Virus record (IMG/VR): IMGVR_UViG_3300002092_000039
DNA from: an uncultured virus (IMG/VR IMGVR_UViG_3300002092_000039)
Lineage: Duplodnaviria; Heunggongvirae; Uroviricota; Caudoviricetes
DNA: 64,000 nt
Strand: one strand, 5' to 3'
Of this stretch, positions 19,862-29,293 are shown piece by piece (within the stretch, counting starts at the first letter, position 1; each line of letters opens with the position of its first letter). A program made the translations under genes and the position numbers. The notes below the pieces were generated by a model. The model searched no databases, was not told the origin of the DNA, and was given only the letters and a program-made list of their open reading frames with translations.

Positions 19862-20274
19862 TTTTTAACGTAAAGTTTGTAGAGTAATCGTTCTAAACGC
19901 CTAGCTTCTATTTCCCATGGCATATCCCTATAGCTCATGTCAGCGTCATATAGATGCCCCTCATAACGACAAACAGGGGCATCGTAATTTTTAAGCTTGC
20001 CTGTTGCATATTGCCAAACATGTACCATTTCGTGAGCAATGGTTTGGATGATGTCCTTCCCTTCAAGTTTCCTATCTATTAGGATAGTAAATTCTCTGGG
20101 TCTGGTATTGACATCAAGGGGATCACATATGCCCCATGCATCTCTCAAATCTTTAAATCTCAAATTGATTGTTAGGTTGCTTGCTAGGCGCTTGTTACGT
20201 TTGAACAGGTGCTCAGTAAAGAATTTAATAGCTTCAAGTGAGTGCTTGCGTCTTTGATAACTGGTTTTATACAT
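19846..20274 (-). CDS. Zincin-type metallopeptidase
   Basis: IAHEMVHVWQ (HExxH) and PWEIEA; GGAG RBS and minus-strand TAAATA. Confidence 0.8.
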   Translation of the reverse strand: MYKTSYQRRKHSLEAIKFFTEHLFKRNKRLASNLTINLRFKDLRDAWGICDPLDVNTRPREFTILIDRKLEGKDIIQTIAHEMVHVWQYATGKLKNYDAPVCRYEGHLYDADMSYRDMPWEIEARRLERLLYKLYVKNQSVR

Positions 20275-20353
20275 TTTTGATCTCCAGCTGTTCAAATATT
20301 TAGTGGTTGACAAATCAGCGGGATATGCTACCATTTGAATATAGGAGAGCTAA

Positions 20354-20548
20354 ATGGTTGAATTGTTGACTGAAGAACGTGTAATGGAACTTGTTACAAT
20401 CTCAACGGAATATGCTAAATCACGCAATTTGGATGTGGATTGCTATTTGGCTTCCATGCTTAACCCTGACAATATGGGCAATCATGACGCTGGGCAAATC
20501 ATTGAATTGCTTATTAAATATCACAGGGATTGGCTCAATCGTAACTGA
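20354..20548 (+). CDS. Small early hypothetical protein
   Basis: AGGAG RBS downstream of promoter. Confidence 0.75.
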   Translation: MVELLTEERVMELVTISTEYAKSRNLDVDCYLASMLNPDNMGNHDAGQIIELLIKYHRDWLNRN

Positions 20549-20623
20549 ATTTGTTACAAAAATACCGGTTGACGCCTACCCAATACATGCTATTATGTAT
20601 TATGGGAAATGAGGAGAGCGCAC

Positions 20624-20911
20624 ATGGCTTACGTCGTTTACAATGTTGGCACTACCCAAACTGTTAATGAGAAGCGTTGGGGTCGTGAGACCTACAAGAC
20701 CGAAGCTGCTGCTAAAGCTGCTCGTACTCGCATGATCAAGCGTATCAAGTATGATCCCACCCAGCTTGCCATTGCTGAAGTTGCTTTTTATACGCAAAAC
20801 ATTGCTGCTACTGTTACACGCACCAATTTGATGACGGGCAAGACCTACCAGGAAAGCGTTAATACGCCCATGTGTTGCAGTCCCTCCAGTGAAACTTACT
20901 GGAGCATGTGA
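20624..20911 (+). CDS. Small early hypothetical protein
   Basis: GAGGAG RBS; ends TPMCCSPSSETYWSM. Confidence 0.8.
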   Translation: MAYVVYNVGTTQTVNEKRWGRETYKTEAAAKAARTRMIKRIKYDPTQLAIAEVAFYTQNIAATVTRTNLMTGKTYQESVNTPMCCSPSSETYWSM

Positions 20912-21077
20912 TGGATTTTTGGGAAGAAGCTTTCAAGAGTTATGCTATCTTCTCATTCTCACTTGCGTTGATTGTAATACAACCTGTTACAACACAAGAG
21001 TTGGCGTCTGTAAAAATGGTTGACAAGAGACCATTTGGGTGTATACTAGAAACAGTAGAGCTAATAGGAGCAAGCGA

Positions 21078-21281
21078 ATGGGTGAAGTCATTCAAGTTAA
21101 CTTCCGTAAGGGTGAGTTGAGCGAGCGTGAAGAGTTCCTAAACCTGCTTGCAGTTGAGCTGGACGAGCTGGATTTCCAGGACTTTGTCGAAGCTGTCAAC
21201 GATCCCGAGGGTGCTGTTTACCGGGAGTTGGACAAGGATATGCAGGCTTTTGTCATCGAGTTCTTCAACAAAACCGCTTGA
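21078..21281 (+). CDS. Small acidic early protein
   Basis: AGGAG RBS downstream of promoter. Confidence 0.75.
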   Translation: MGEVIQVNFRKGELSEREEFLNLLAVELDELDFQDFVEAVNDPEGAVYRELDKDMQAFVIEFFNKTA

Positions 21282-21335
21282 CAACTTCGCTATCTATGCT
21301 AATATAATGATATGCTGCTAAACAAGAGGTGTCCT

Positions 21336-22349
21336 ATGCAGGTGCTTATTAAACAAGGTTCCTACCGTAATGCCCCCATTGAGAACATGGTGTTCCCACT
21401 TGTCAAAGGTTTGACCGAGGGTAACAAGGGTTCGTTCCTTACAGTTGATGCCAAGGATGTAATGCCCGGCAGGGACCGTATCCGTGTTGTTGTTAACAGC
21501 CCTGCGGACTACGAAATTATTGGAGAGGAAAATACTATGAGCGTTGCTACTGCTCCCACTGTTGAATCCGTAGAAACTGATGAAGAGATTATGTCTCGTA
21601 TCGGCGAGCGTTTTGAAATTATGGATGCCATGACACAGGCAGTAGTTGAGGGTGTTGTGCGCTCAATGATTGTTGTGGGTCCTCCCGGCGTAGGCAAGAG
21701 CTATGGTGTCGTCCGCAAGCTTGAAGAAGCTAACCTCTTTAACATGATTGGCGGTGACATCCGTTACGAGGTTGTTAAGGGCTCCACTACTGCTTTGGGG
21801 TTGTATGCAAAGCTTTATGAGTTTAGTCGTGAGGGTGACGTGCTCGTGTTCGACGATTGCGACAGCATTCTTATGGATGAGGTGTCACTTAATATTCTTA
21901 AGGCTGCTTTGGACACCAACAAAAAGAGGACCCTGCACTGGAACAGTGACAGCCGGTTGCTTCGTAACGAAGGCATTCCCAACAAGTTTGACTTCAAGGG
22001 TGCTTGCATCTTTATTACCAACATCAAGTTTGATAATGTTCGTAGTAAGAAGTTGCGTGATCATTTGGAAGCTCTAGAGTCCCGCTCTCATTACATTGAT
22101 CTTACAATGGACTCTATGCGTGACAAGTATCTGCGTATTAAACAAATTGCTGTTACGGGCGAACTCTTTAAGGAGTTCCGCTTTGAGAATAACGAGGAAC
22201 AGGAAATCCTGGACTATATGGTCGAGCATAAGACACGTTGGCGCGAAATGTCAATGCGTTGCGCTGTTAAGCTCGCTGCTCTGCGTAAGACTATGCCAAT
22301 GAACTGGCAGCGCACCGCGCAAGTTACCCTAATGAAGAACGCTTTTTAA
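21336..22349 (+). CDS. P-loop/AAA-like ATPase
   Basis: GPPGVGKS Walker A, LVFDDCD Walker B, FITN sensor, ALESR. Confidence 0.85.
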   Translation: MQVLIKQGSYRNAPIENMVFPLVKGLTEGNKGSFLTVDAKDVMPGRDRIRVVVNSPADYEIIGEENTMSVATAPTVESVETDEEIMSRIGERFEIMDAMTQAVVEGVVRSMIVVGPPGVGKSYGVVRKLEEANLFNMIGGDIRYEVVKGSTTALGLYAKLYEFSREGDVLVFDDCDSILMDEVSLNILKAALDTNKKRTLHWNSDSRLLRNEGIPNKFDFKGACIFITNIKFDNVRSKKLRDHLEALESRSHYIDLTMDSMRDKYLRIKQIAVTGELFKEFRFENNEEQEILDYMVEHKTRWREMSMRCAVKLAALRKTMPMNWQRTAQVTLMKNAF

Positions 22350-22361
22350 GGAGGACTAAAA

Positions 22362-22490
22362 ATGGTACGTCGGTATAACACTGAACTTCGTGTATGGGAA
22401 GTAGGCTACTGGGTCAATGATACTCGTTTTAAAGTTGTTGATCTTGTGCAAGACTACGACGAGCTTGTGATCTACAGGGAGGCAGCATGA
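22362..22490 (+). CDS. 42-aa small protein (not in ORF track)
   Basis: AAGGAGG RBS; MVRRYNTELRVWEVGYW...REAA; stop overlaps next start (ATGA). Confidence 0.75.
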   Translation: MVRRYNTELRVWEVGYWVNDTRFKVVDLVQDYDELVIYREAA

Positions 22491-22717
22491 AAGAGTTTGA
22501 ATTCTGTGAACGTGTAGGTAAATGGTATCGTCCATGTAATTGGACTACCTGCTATGACTACAAAGGTCCTAGTAAGGCTCTTAAGCGACACGTTGATGGG
22601 GCATGGGAGGTATCTTTGTCTTTTGCAAAGCTTCTCGTCGAGACTGAAACTTACGTTGGCGCACTTTGCCAGACATGCGGTAAGTTTATCAAGAAGGATC
22701 AAACAGATGAACAGTGA
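22487..22717 (+). CDS. Small Cys-containing protein
   Basis: GGAGG RBS; CQTCG. Confidence 0.65.
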   Translation: MKEFEFCERVGKWYRPCNWTTCYDYKGPSKALKRHVDGAWEVSLSFAKLLVETETYVGALCQTCGKFIKKDQTDEQ

Positions 22718-22904
22718 AGATGACTTCCGTAAGTGGCAGTATAGCTTTAAACTGCAAATGAAGCAGCCTTTCTATCATACCTTTGATAAAAAGCCAGATG
22801 CAGTCAAGCAGGAACTGGAACGTATGGATAGGTTGGAACATGTCGTGAATATGCGTGACACCACATGGGTCGAAGAGTATTGCGCTGACCTGCAACGTAA
22901 ATAA
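22707..22904 (+). CDS. Hypothetical protein
   Basis: AAGGA RBS before ATG 22707. Confidence 0.6.
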   Translation: MNSEDDFRKWQYSFKLQMKQPFYHTFDKKPDAVKQELERMDRLEHVVNMRDTTWVEEYCADLQRK

Positions 22905-22918
22905 TATAGGAGTGTAAT

Positions 22919-23227
22919 ATGTTTTTTGACTATTGGGTAATTGGAGTACTGTTTGGTCTATTTGTTGCCAATACTATTTTCCAATTTAGGCTGGGTTTCT
23001 CTCAGGGATCCAAAGGCGGATACGCTGTGGGAATGTATCATGCTGTGAGTTGGCTTATGAAAAATCACGCATTGGAATGTGAGAATAGTAAAACAGGTGA
23101 ACCTGCATCCGCTGGTGATGTTGTTGCCGTTATTATTCGAAGTAATACATATGACCTATTTAGGTTAACTGATAAAAGTGAACTGGCTAAGATTGCAGAA
23201 GCAACTAGTGCGGTTGAAGACAATTAA
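22919..23227 (+). CDS. Membrane-anchored hypothetical protein
   Basis: AGGAG RBS, N-terminal TM helix. Confidence 0.7.
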   Translation: MFFDYWVIGVLFGLFVANTIFQFRLGFSQGSKGGYAVGMYHAVSWLMKNHALECENSKTGEPASAGDVVAVIIRSNTYDLFRLTDKSELAKIAEATSAVEDN

Positions 23228-23251
23228 TTATACCACTACCTATTAATAATA

Positions 23252-23284
23252 TAACAGGCAACATGTAATGTGTTGCCTGTTTTT
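23252..23284 (+). terminator. Intrinsic terminator
   Basis: aacaggcaaca/tgttgcctgtt plus T-run. Confidence 0.8.
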
Positions 23285-23321
23285 ATTTGATTTAAACGTC
23301 ATAAGGATGTATATTAATAAA

Positions 23322-24773
23322 ATGGCAAGTTGTAAGATAGTAATTCATGATGAAGTGAACTGCAAAGTTGAAGGACTTGATGTCGATATGCGTCGACGTC
23401 TTGTTGCAAAGTTCAAATACGAAGTACCTTATGCTAGATACCTGCCTGCTGTTAGGCTGGGACGTTGGGACGGTAAGGTTGCTTACTTTCAATTGAGCGG
23501 CACAACCTATGTTAACTTGCTGCCAGAAATTATTGAATGGTTGACTGAACGCAATGTAAACATCGAGCTGGATGATCAACGAGAAGCTGCACCACAATTT
23601 GACTTTGTTGAAGTTGATGAGAGTGCTTTTGGTAATGTCAAGTGGCCCAAAGGACATCCTGCTGCTGGACAACCTATTATGCTGCGTGACTATCAAGTTG
23701 AAATTATCAATAACTTCCTTTCTAACCCACAGTGCCTTCAAGAGGTGGCAACGGGTGCTGGCAAGACAATTATGACTGCTGCCCTTAGCTACAAGTGTCA
23801 AGATTATGGACGCACATTGGTTATTGTCCCCAACAAGAGTCTAGTAACACAAACAGAAGAAGATTATATCAACATGGGACTTGATGTTGGTGTTTACTTT
23901 GGTGATCGCAAAGACTTTGGTAAGACACACACTATCTGCACATGGCAAAGCTTAAACAACATTGTCAAGAATCAAAAGGAAACAGACTTTACCATTGCTG
24001 AATTTATTGAAGGTGTGGTTGCTGTTATCGTAGACGAAGTACATATGGCCAAAGCTGAGGTATTGAAAGCTTTGCTAACGGAGCATATGGGAAATGTTCC
24101 AATACGTTGGGGGCTAACAGGGACTATTCCCAAGGAACAATTTGAGTTTATTAGTCTCAAGATTGCCATTGGTGATGTCATCAATAGACTCAGCGCCAGT
24201 GAACTACAAGACAAGGGAGTACTTGCACAGTGTCATGTGAATATTGTTCAAACAGAAGAGCATAGCGAGTTCACTGACTATCAAAAGGAACTCAAGTACC
24301 TTACCACAAGTCCTGAACGACTGGATTACATTGCCAAGTTGGCCAGTGAGATTATTAAAACCGGCAATACACTTATATTGATTGATCGCATTGCAGCGGG
24401 TGAGGAACTTGCTGCAAGAATACCCAACAGCATATTTGTATCAGGAGATATGAAGACAGATGCTCGTAAAGGACACTATGATGAAATTGCAGAAACTATG
24501 GACAGAACTATTATTGCCACCTACGGCGTGGCTGCTGTGGGGATCAATATTCCTCGTATCTTCAATCTTGTACTCATTGAGCCTGGTAAGTCTTTTGTTC
24601 GCGTCATTCAGTCTATCGGGCGTGGAATTCGTAAGGCACAAGATAAGGACTCTGTTCAGATTTGGGACATAACAGGCAACTGTAAATTTGCCAAAAGACA
24701 TTTGACAAAAAGAAAACAGTTCTATAAGGAAGCTAAATATAATTATACAATTGAAAAGGTTAATTATAAATGA
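23322..24773 (+). CDS. uvsW: SF2 DNA helicase (UvsW-like)
   Basis: LRDYQ, ATGAGKT, VDEVH, GLTGT, QSIGRGIR. Confidence 0.92.
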   Translation: MASCKIVIHDEVNCKVEGLDVDMRRRLVAKFKYEVPYARYLPAVRLGRWDGKVAYFQLSGTTYVNLLPEIIEWLTERNVNIELDDQREAAPQFDFVEVDESAFGNVKWPKGHPAAGQPIMLRDYQVEIINNFLSNPQCLQEVATGAGKTIMTAALSYKCQDYGRTLVIVPNKSLVTQTEEDYINMGLDVGVYFGDRKDFGKTHTICTWQSLNNIVKNQKETDFTIAEFIEGVVAVIVDEVHMAKAEVLKALLTEHMGNVPIRWGLTGTIPKEQFEFISLKIAIGDVINRLSASELQDKGVLAQCHVNIVQTEEHSEFTDYQKELKYLTTSPERLDYIAKLASEIIKTGNTLILIDRIAAGEELAARIPNSIFVSGDMKTDARKGHYDEIAETMDRTIIATYGVAAVGINIPRIFNLVLIEPGKSFVRVIQSIGRGIRKAQDKDSVQIWDITGNCKFAKRHLTKRKQFYKEAKYNYTIEKVNYK

Positions 24774-25381
24774 GTTTCACTGATAACAAATATTATAGAT
24801 GCTATATCAGAATAATCAATGCTGCAAAAAATAGAAATCTAGACAAAGAAATATATGTTGAAAAACATCATATCTTGCCTAAAAGTATGGGCGGATCAAA
24901 TAAAAAAGAAAACTTAGTTGCTTTAACAGCAAAAGAACATTATATATGTCATGTGCTTTTAACCAAATGCACAGAAGGATTTTATCTAAAATTGATGCAA
25001 TATGCATTAGGGAAATTTATACAATCGAGCAAATATCAAAAAAGAAATTTCACTGCTAGACAATATCAGCGTATTAGAGAATCTATTTCTTTAGCTCGAA
25101 CTGGTACTATTTTTTCTGAGGAATCTAGAAAAAAGATGTCCGATTCAAGTAAAGGAAGAGTTGCTTGGAATAAAGGACTTAAAGGTGTTGTAATACATTC
25201 TGTGGAATCTAATAAAAAAAGATCTGATACACTTAAGGGTAAAGTTTTTTCTGAAGAAAGAAATAAAAAAATATCTGAGAACAAAAAAGGAAAACCTAGT
25301 GGCATGATTGGTAAGAAACATTCAGAAGAAACTAAACAAAAAATGCGAGAAGCATTTTTAAAAAGAACAAATAAGAAATGA
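24770..25381 (+). CDS. HNH homing endonuclease with NUMOD3 repeats
   Basis: EKHHILPKSMGGSN..NLV.LT..EH..CH; SEESRKKMS and HSEETKQKM repeats. Confidence 0.9.
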   Translation: MSFTDNKYYRCYIRIINAAKNRNLDKEIYVEKHHILPKSMGGSNKKENLVALTAKEHYICHVLLTKCTEGFYLKLMQYALGKFIQSSKYQKRNFTARQYQRIRESISLARTGTIFSEESRKKMSDSSKGRVAWNKGLKGVVIHSVESNKKRSDTLKGKVFSEERNKKISENKKGKPSGMIGKKHSEETKQKMREAFLKRTNKK

Positions 25382-26163
25382 AACTTGCAGTATGTGGATG
25401 TAGCTTTAGTGCCACAGTAGAAGGTGAATATGCCAACACACATTGGAGTGAACTACTAGCCAATACCATGGACTATGAGCTAATTAATTTTGCACGACAA
25501 GGTATTAGTAATGCTGCGATACGTGTACAAATAGATGAAGCAATAGCCCAACATGCTGACTATGTTTGTATTGGATTCACAACTGAGGATCGTATTGAAC
25601 TTCCATTGGGCAAGTTCCAAAAGGTAAAGGATGGCAGTCCCAATCATACCGCATATATGGATAAGCGCAATGGTTGGCGGCATGAGCGTGGTTTGCAAAA
25701 CTTCAATTACGGTAATCGCCACCCATACACAATGATATCCGAGACAATTTTTAGTATAATTGACAAGCTTCCTCACAATTACAGAGTTGCGGAAGTGCCA
25801 GAAAACATTAGATTGGCAGTGGAAGGATACGCTGCTTTTATGTATGATGCTCATTGGAAAAAGCAACTGGACCGCTGGGTTATTAACAGTGGGCTATGGA
25901 AGTTGCATGACCTGAGCATTCCATTCCTATATAATCCCTGGACAAATGTTACTCCAGTAGATATGAATTTTGATATGCCTGAATGGTTTCAAAAGCGATA
26001 CTTTGTGTCAGGTGACATGGGCTTTGGCGTTATGTGTGACCGCTACCCACATACTCCTGACATTGGTTATCATACTAGCCCTCAAGGGCAAAAAGCAATA
26101 GCAAACGGCTATTGGAATTTTATACAGAATCAAAGGAATAATAATGAGAATTTTAACAGTTGA
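25378..26163 (+). CDS. SGNH/GDSL-like hydrolase
   Basis: GCSFS, GISN, distal YHTSPQGQ. Confidence 0.6.
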   Translation: MKLAVCGCSFSATVEGEYANTHWSELLANTMDYELINFARQGISNAAIRVQIDEAIAQHADYVCIGFTTEDRIELPLGKFQKVKDGSPNHTAYMDKRNGWRHERGLQNFNYGNRHPYTMISETIFSIIDKLPHNYRVAEVPENIRLAVEGYAAFMYDAHWKKQLDRWVINSGLWKLHDLSIPFLYNPWTNVTPVDMNFDMPEWFQKRYFVSGDMGFGVMCDRYPHTPDIGYHTSPQGQKAIANGYWNFIQNQRNNNENFNS

Positions 26164-26644
26164 AAATACCGTATTTGAAATGACACAGTTGCCTGATGAG
26201 GTAACTGATCTACGATTCTGTGTACTTGATAACAGCAATCCAGTTGATCCAGACTACTTCTTCCTACCACTTGTATTTCTTGAATCATTTAATGACCCAG
26301 CACTGGTATTGAGGATTGGTCCACATACTATTAAGATGCCATACAACTGGCGTATCCTTATTGGAGAAGCTGAAATTGGAGATCTAGAAGCATTACCACT
26401 CACCAAGCTAAATGACCGAGGATTCGAAGCATTTACATTTAATCCACTCAAGAGTTTTAGGGCACAGTTCTACCCAATTGAAATTGTGGATGTCTACCAG
26501 GATGTGCGTTGGTTCTTCCCCAAGCTAAGGAATGGACAGTTGTTATGTGTACCAATCAGCAGTGGTCCCAATCCAGTGTGCGCTTATTTTGTTAAAGACA
26601 TTAGCAGAGCCAGCGAATTCATTGACATTCAGAAGATTGTCTAG
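26144..26644 (+). CDS. Hypothetical protein
   Basis: AAGGA RBS, full ORF in replication cluster. Confidence 0.75.
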   Translation: MRILTVENTVFEMTQLPDEVTDLRFCVLDNSNPVDPDYFFLPLVFLESFNDPALVLRIGPHTIKMPYNWRILIGEAEIGDLEALPLTKLNDRGFEAFTFNPLKSFRAQFYPIEIVDVYQDVRWFFPKLRNGQLLCVPISSGPNPVCAYFVKDISRASEFIDIQKIV

Positions 26645-26655
26645 TATAATAAGGC

Positions 26656-27138
26656 ATGGCTCAGGAATCAAATCTCAGTGTAATGCTAAAGGCAATTGAT
26701 CACAAGAAGCGTGATTACTTTGATCAATTGCCCGATGACTTAAAGAAGAAGCACAGTAGCTTTTTAGCTCTGCGTTGGGCAAGTACTATTCATGGCACAG
26801 GTGACTTGCCCAAGTATTATGTATTAAGCACCAACCAGCAGGTTAACAAACACTTTTGGAGTTTAAACAAACATCCCAAGCTACAGTGGTTGTTAACCAG
26901 TTGTATCAGTCCCAACATGGGTAGTTATAGGCATGAGTACATTCCCTTTAAGAGCAAGCAGGCAAAGAACAAGCGAGCTCAATTAATTGCAGAGTTGTAT
27001 CCCACAATGAAAATGGCTGAGGCTGAGATGTTGGATGCTATGACAACAGATGCGGAGCTTGAACAAATTCTTGTCGATAGGGGTTGGCAGGATAAAGAGA
27101 TCAAAAAGACAATGAAGGAAGTTGGTAATGACAATTAA
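26656..27138 (+). CDS. Clamp-loader small subunit (gp62-like)
   Basis: FLALRWAS..N..HPKLQW pattern, size and context. Confidence 0.55.
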   Translation: MAQESNLSVMLKAIDHKKRDYFDQLPDDLKKKHSSFLALRWASTIHGTGDLPKYYVLSTNQQVNKHFWSLNKHPKLQWLLTSCISPNMGSYRHEYIPFKSKQAKNKRAQLIAELYPTMKMAEAEMLDAMTTDAELEQILVDRGWQDKEIKKTMKEVGNDN

Positions 27139-27388
27139 GGCTGTTAGAATAGATCCAACAATTGGTTATGGTAATACTAATGACACATTTGGTGGCCAGG
27201 AAATACACATCATGGCTACTCCAGAATTAACAAAGTTGATACAATGGTGGAAAAAGTGGGGACCTGTCTTTGACGATAACAGTGCAACAGTTCAGGATGC
27301 ACTAGTTCAAGCTAGGGTATTGCATGAACTAGCAAAGGAACAGAGTGATCAACCAAACACTTATAGTTGGACTGAAACAACTCTATGA
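27128..27388 (+). CDS. Hypothetical protein
   Basis: Fills the gap, coupled to both neighbours. Confidence 0.6.
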   Translation: MTIKAVRIDPTIGYGNTNDTFGGQEIHIMATPELTKLIQWWKKWGPVFDDNSATVQDALVQARVLHELAKEQSDQPNTYSWTETTL

Positions 27389-28113
27389 AGGTAGACATGT
27401 CAAGCTTAATTGCAGAAGCAGTAGCTAACGCAAAAGAGGGTGATCACAAGTGTATGTATTGTGGTAAGGGATTTATTCGTGAGAGTACCCTTACAGCACA
27501 TCAATGTGAACCCAAGCGTAGAGCACAGCAAAAGACTGAAGTGGGAGTTAACCTTGCTTATCAAGCATGGTTGCGTTTCTTTGAATTAAGTCAGGGCAGT
27601 GCCAAGCTAAAGACATATGATGACTTTTGTAAGAGTCAATTCTATGCGGGCTTTGTCAAGTTTGGAAGATATTGCCATAGTATCCGTGCTATTAATGCAA
27701 CACGCTTTATTGACTATGTAATCAAGAACAATATCAAGCTGGATCATTGGTGCAAGGAAAAAGTTTATGATATATATTTGTTGCAGTTGCTAACATCAGA
27801 AGCAGCTGAAGATGCTCTTGCTCGTGGCATTGAACATATGCAGGAGTGGTCTGAATCAACAGGAGCAAATTATAATGATTACTTCAAAAGCATTTCATCC
27901 AACAGACTCGTCGGTGATATTAGAAACGGTCGCATCAGTGCTTGGTGTTTGTATTGCTGCGACACTGGTGTTATGGCTCTGGCTGGGCTAAACCCAGAAC
28001 AGATCACTTTAATTTGGCCATATATAGACTCTGATGTATGGCAAAAGAAGCTCAAAGACTATCCTGCTGATGCGGAGATGGCAAAGTATATTCTAAAAGA
28101 GGCAGGACTATGA
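27385..28113 (+). CDS. Zinc-finger protein (CxxC..HxC)
   Basis: CMYCGKGFIRESTLTAHQC. Confidence 0.7.
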   Translation: MKVDMSSLIAEAVANAKEGDHKCMYCGKGFIRESTLTAHQCEPKRRAQQKTEVGVNLAYQAWLRFFELSQGSAKLKTYDDFCKSQFYAGFVKFGRYCHSIRAINATRFIDYVIKNNIKLDHWCKEKVYDIYLLQLLTSEAAEDALARGIEHMQEWSESTGANYNDYFKSISSNRLVGDIRNGRISAWCLYCCDTGVMALAGLNPEQITLIWPYIDSDVWQKKLKDYPADAEMAKYILKEAGL

Positions 28114-28337
28114 ATTACGGTGGAATTGACGCTTATCCCAAACCAGAAAAACCCTGGCATCCCTGGAAGAAGAAGTTTTTATGGATGCCTAAGGTTATTG
28201 ATGGGCGTGTATATTGGATGCGTAATGTTTATCAACGATTTCGAACAAATCATTGGATCCCTGGCAGCATTGAGATAGCATTTGAATACCAATATGCTGT
28301 TAATATATTTGATCTAATGCAGAAAGACTCACAGTGA
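28110..28337 (+). CDS. Small Trp-rich hypothetical protein
   Basis: ATGA/GTGA overlaps with neighbours. Confidence 0.65.
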   Translation: MNYGGIDAYPKPEKPWHPWKKKFLWMPKVIDGRVYWMRNVYQRFRTNHWIPGSIEIAFEYQYAVNIFDLMQKDSQ

Positions 28338-28915
28338 AAAAGTTTAGTGCTGATATTGATATTGACTTTGCTGATAGAGAAGCAGTACTCAATGTCATTA
28401 AACATGTCCCAGCTGCTATACATCGTAATGGTAGTTGGGGTAAGCACAATACTGGAGTTTATGTTAATCCCATTCCAGCTGATCCTTTTACTCATATTGT
28501 CAATATTGATTATGAAACAGCAGAGGACATGGGATACATTAAGCTGGACTTATTAAATGTTCATGTCTATAGTCAGGTAAAGAGCGAAGATCATTTAAAT
28601 GAACTCATTGCTCAAGAGCCACTGTGGGATATGCTGGAACATCGTGAGTTTGTTGAGCATGTGATCCATATAGGAAAACATTATGATCTAATTCACAAGA
28701 TGCCTGAGCCCATTAACTCCGTTGTTCGTATGGCAATGTTTATTGCATTGATTAGACCGGGTAAGCGACACTTGGTTGGTCTACCATGGCGTAACGTTGC
28801 CAAGACGATATGGGAGAAAACCGAGGACGGATATGCATTCAAGCAATCACATAGTGTTGCCTACGCACAATTAGTCGCAGTTCATATGAACTTGTTAACC
28901 CAAGCGGCGAACTAG
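28334..28915 (+). CDS. Miniature DnaE (Pol III alpha core)-like protein
   Basis: ADIDIDF, KHNTGVY, GYIKLDLL, ALIRPG, YAFKQSHSVAYA in DnaE order. Confidence 0.8.
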   Translation: MKKFSADIDIDFADREAVLNVIKHVPAAIHRNGSWGKHNTGVYVNPIPADPFTHIVNIDYETAEDMGYIKLDLLNVHVYSQVKSEDHLNELIAQEPLWDMLEHREFVEHVIHIGKHYDLIHKMPEPINSVVRMAMFIALIRPGKRHLVGLPWRNVAKTIWEKTEDGYAFKQSHSVAYAQLVAVHMNLLTQAAN

Positions 28916-29269
28916 CTGTACCACACGACGCTTCGTGCGTTTATTAGCTAGATTAGCAAGACAAACAACATGACCCTGTTGCTCTTTAATGTCCTTAACA
29001 TTGAGAGTAACTAAACTGTACCTAAATTCACTCCAAGTATGCTTTAAAAAAATATTGATGGGAATGGATCTATTGCTTTCCCACCACCAAACATCTGCTT
29101 GTTCTAAAAATCTACGTTTATGTTCCTCTGTCTTTAACTTGTTAAAGGCATATATGCTAATGATGTCGCCATCAAAATTCTGTATTACGCCCACATAGTC
29201 GCTATGGGTGTACTTTATGAAACTTAAAAATGGGTAATTTTCCAACAGTTCTTCTAAACTTAATGACAT
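28895..29269 (-). CDS. Hypothetical protein
   Basis: WWWESNRSIPINIFLK; minus-strand TAAATA near 29312. Confidence 0.7.
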   Translation of the reverse strand: MSLSLEELLENYPFLSFIKYTHSDYVGVIQNFDGDIISIYAFNKLKTEEHKRRFLEQADVWWWESNRSIPINIFLKHTWSEFRYSLVTLNVKDIKEQQGHVVCLANLANKRTKRRVVQLVRRLG

Positions 29270-29293
29270 AAATATTCTAAGACGGGGTTCAAA

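Larger units (their letters stand above)
20307..21305 (+). promoter_or_regulatory. Cluster of four host-RNAP (sigma70-type) early promoters
   Basis: TTGACR-N16-TAnnnT at 20307-20334, 20569-20596, 21020-21047, 21278-21305. Confidence 0.8.

Noticed and set aside
20908..21120. 70-aa ORF
   Set aside because: No RBS; it runs across a promoter and the better-supported 21078 gene.
8793..23263. Shared caggcaacat upstream of gp32-like and uvsW genes
   Set aside because: Only 10 bp, and the second copy is a terminator arm; could be chance.
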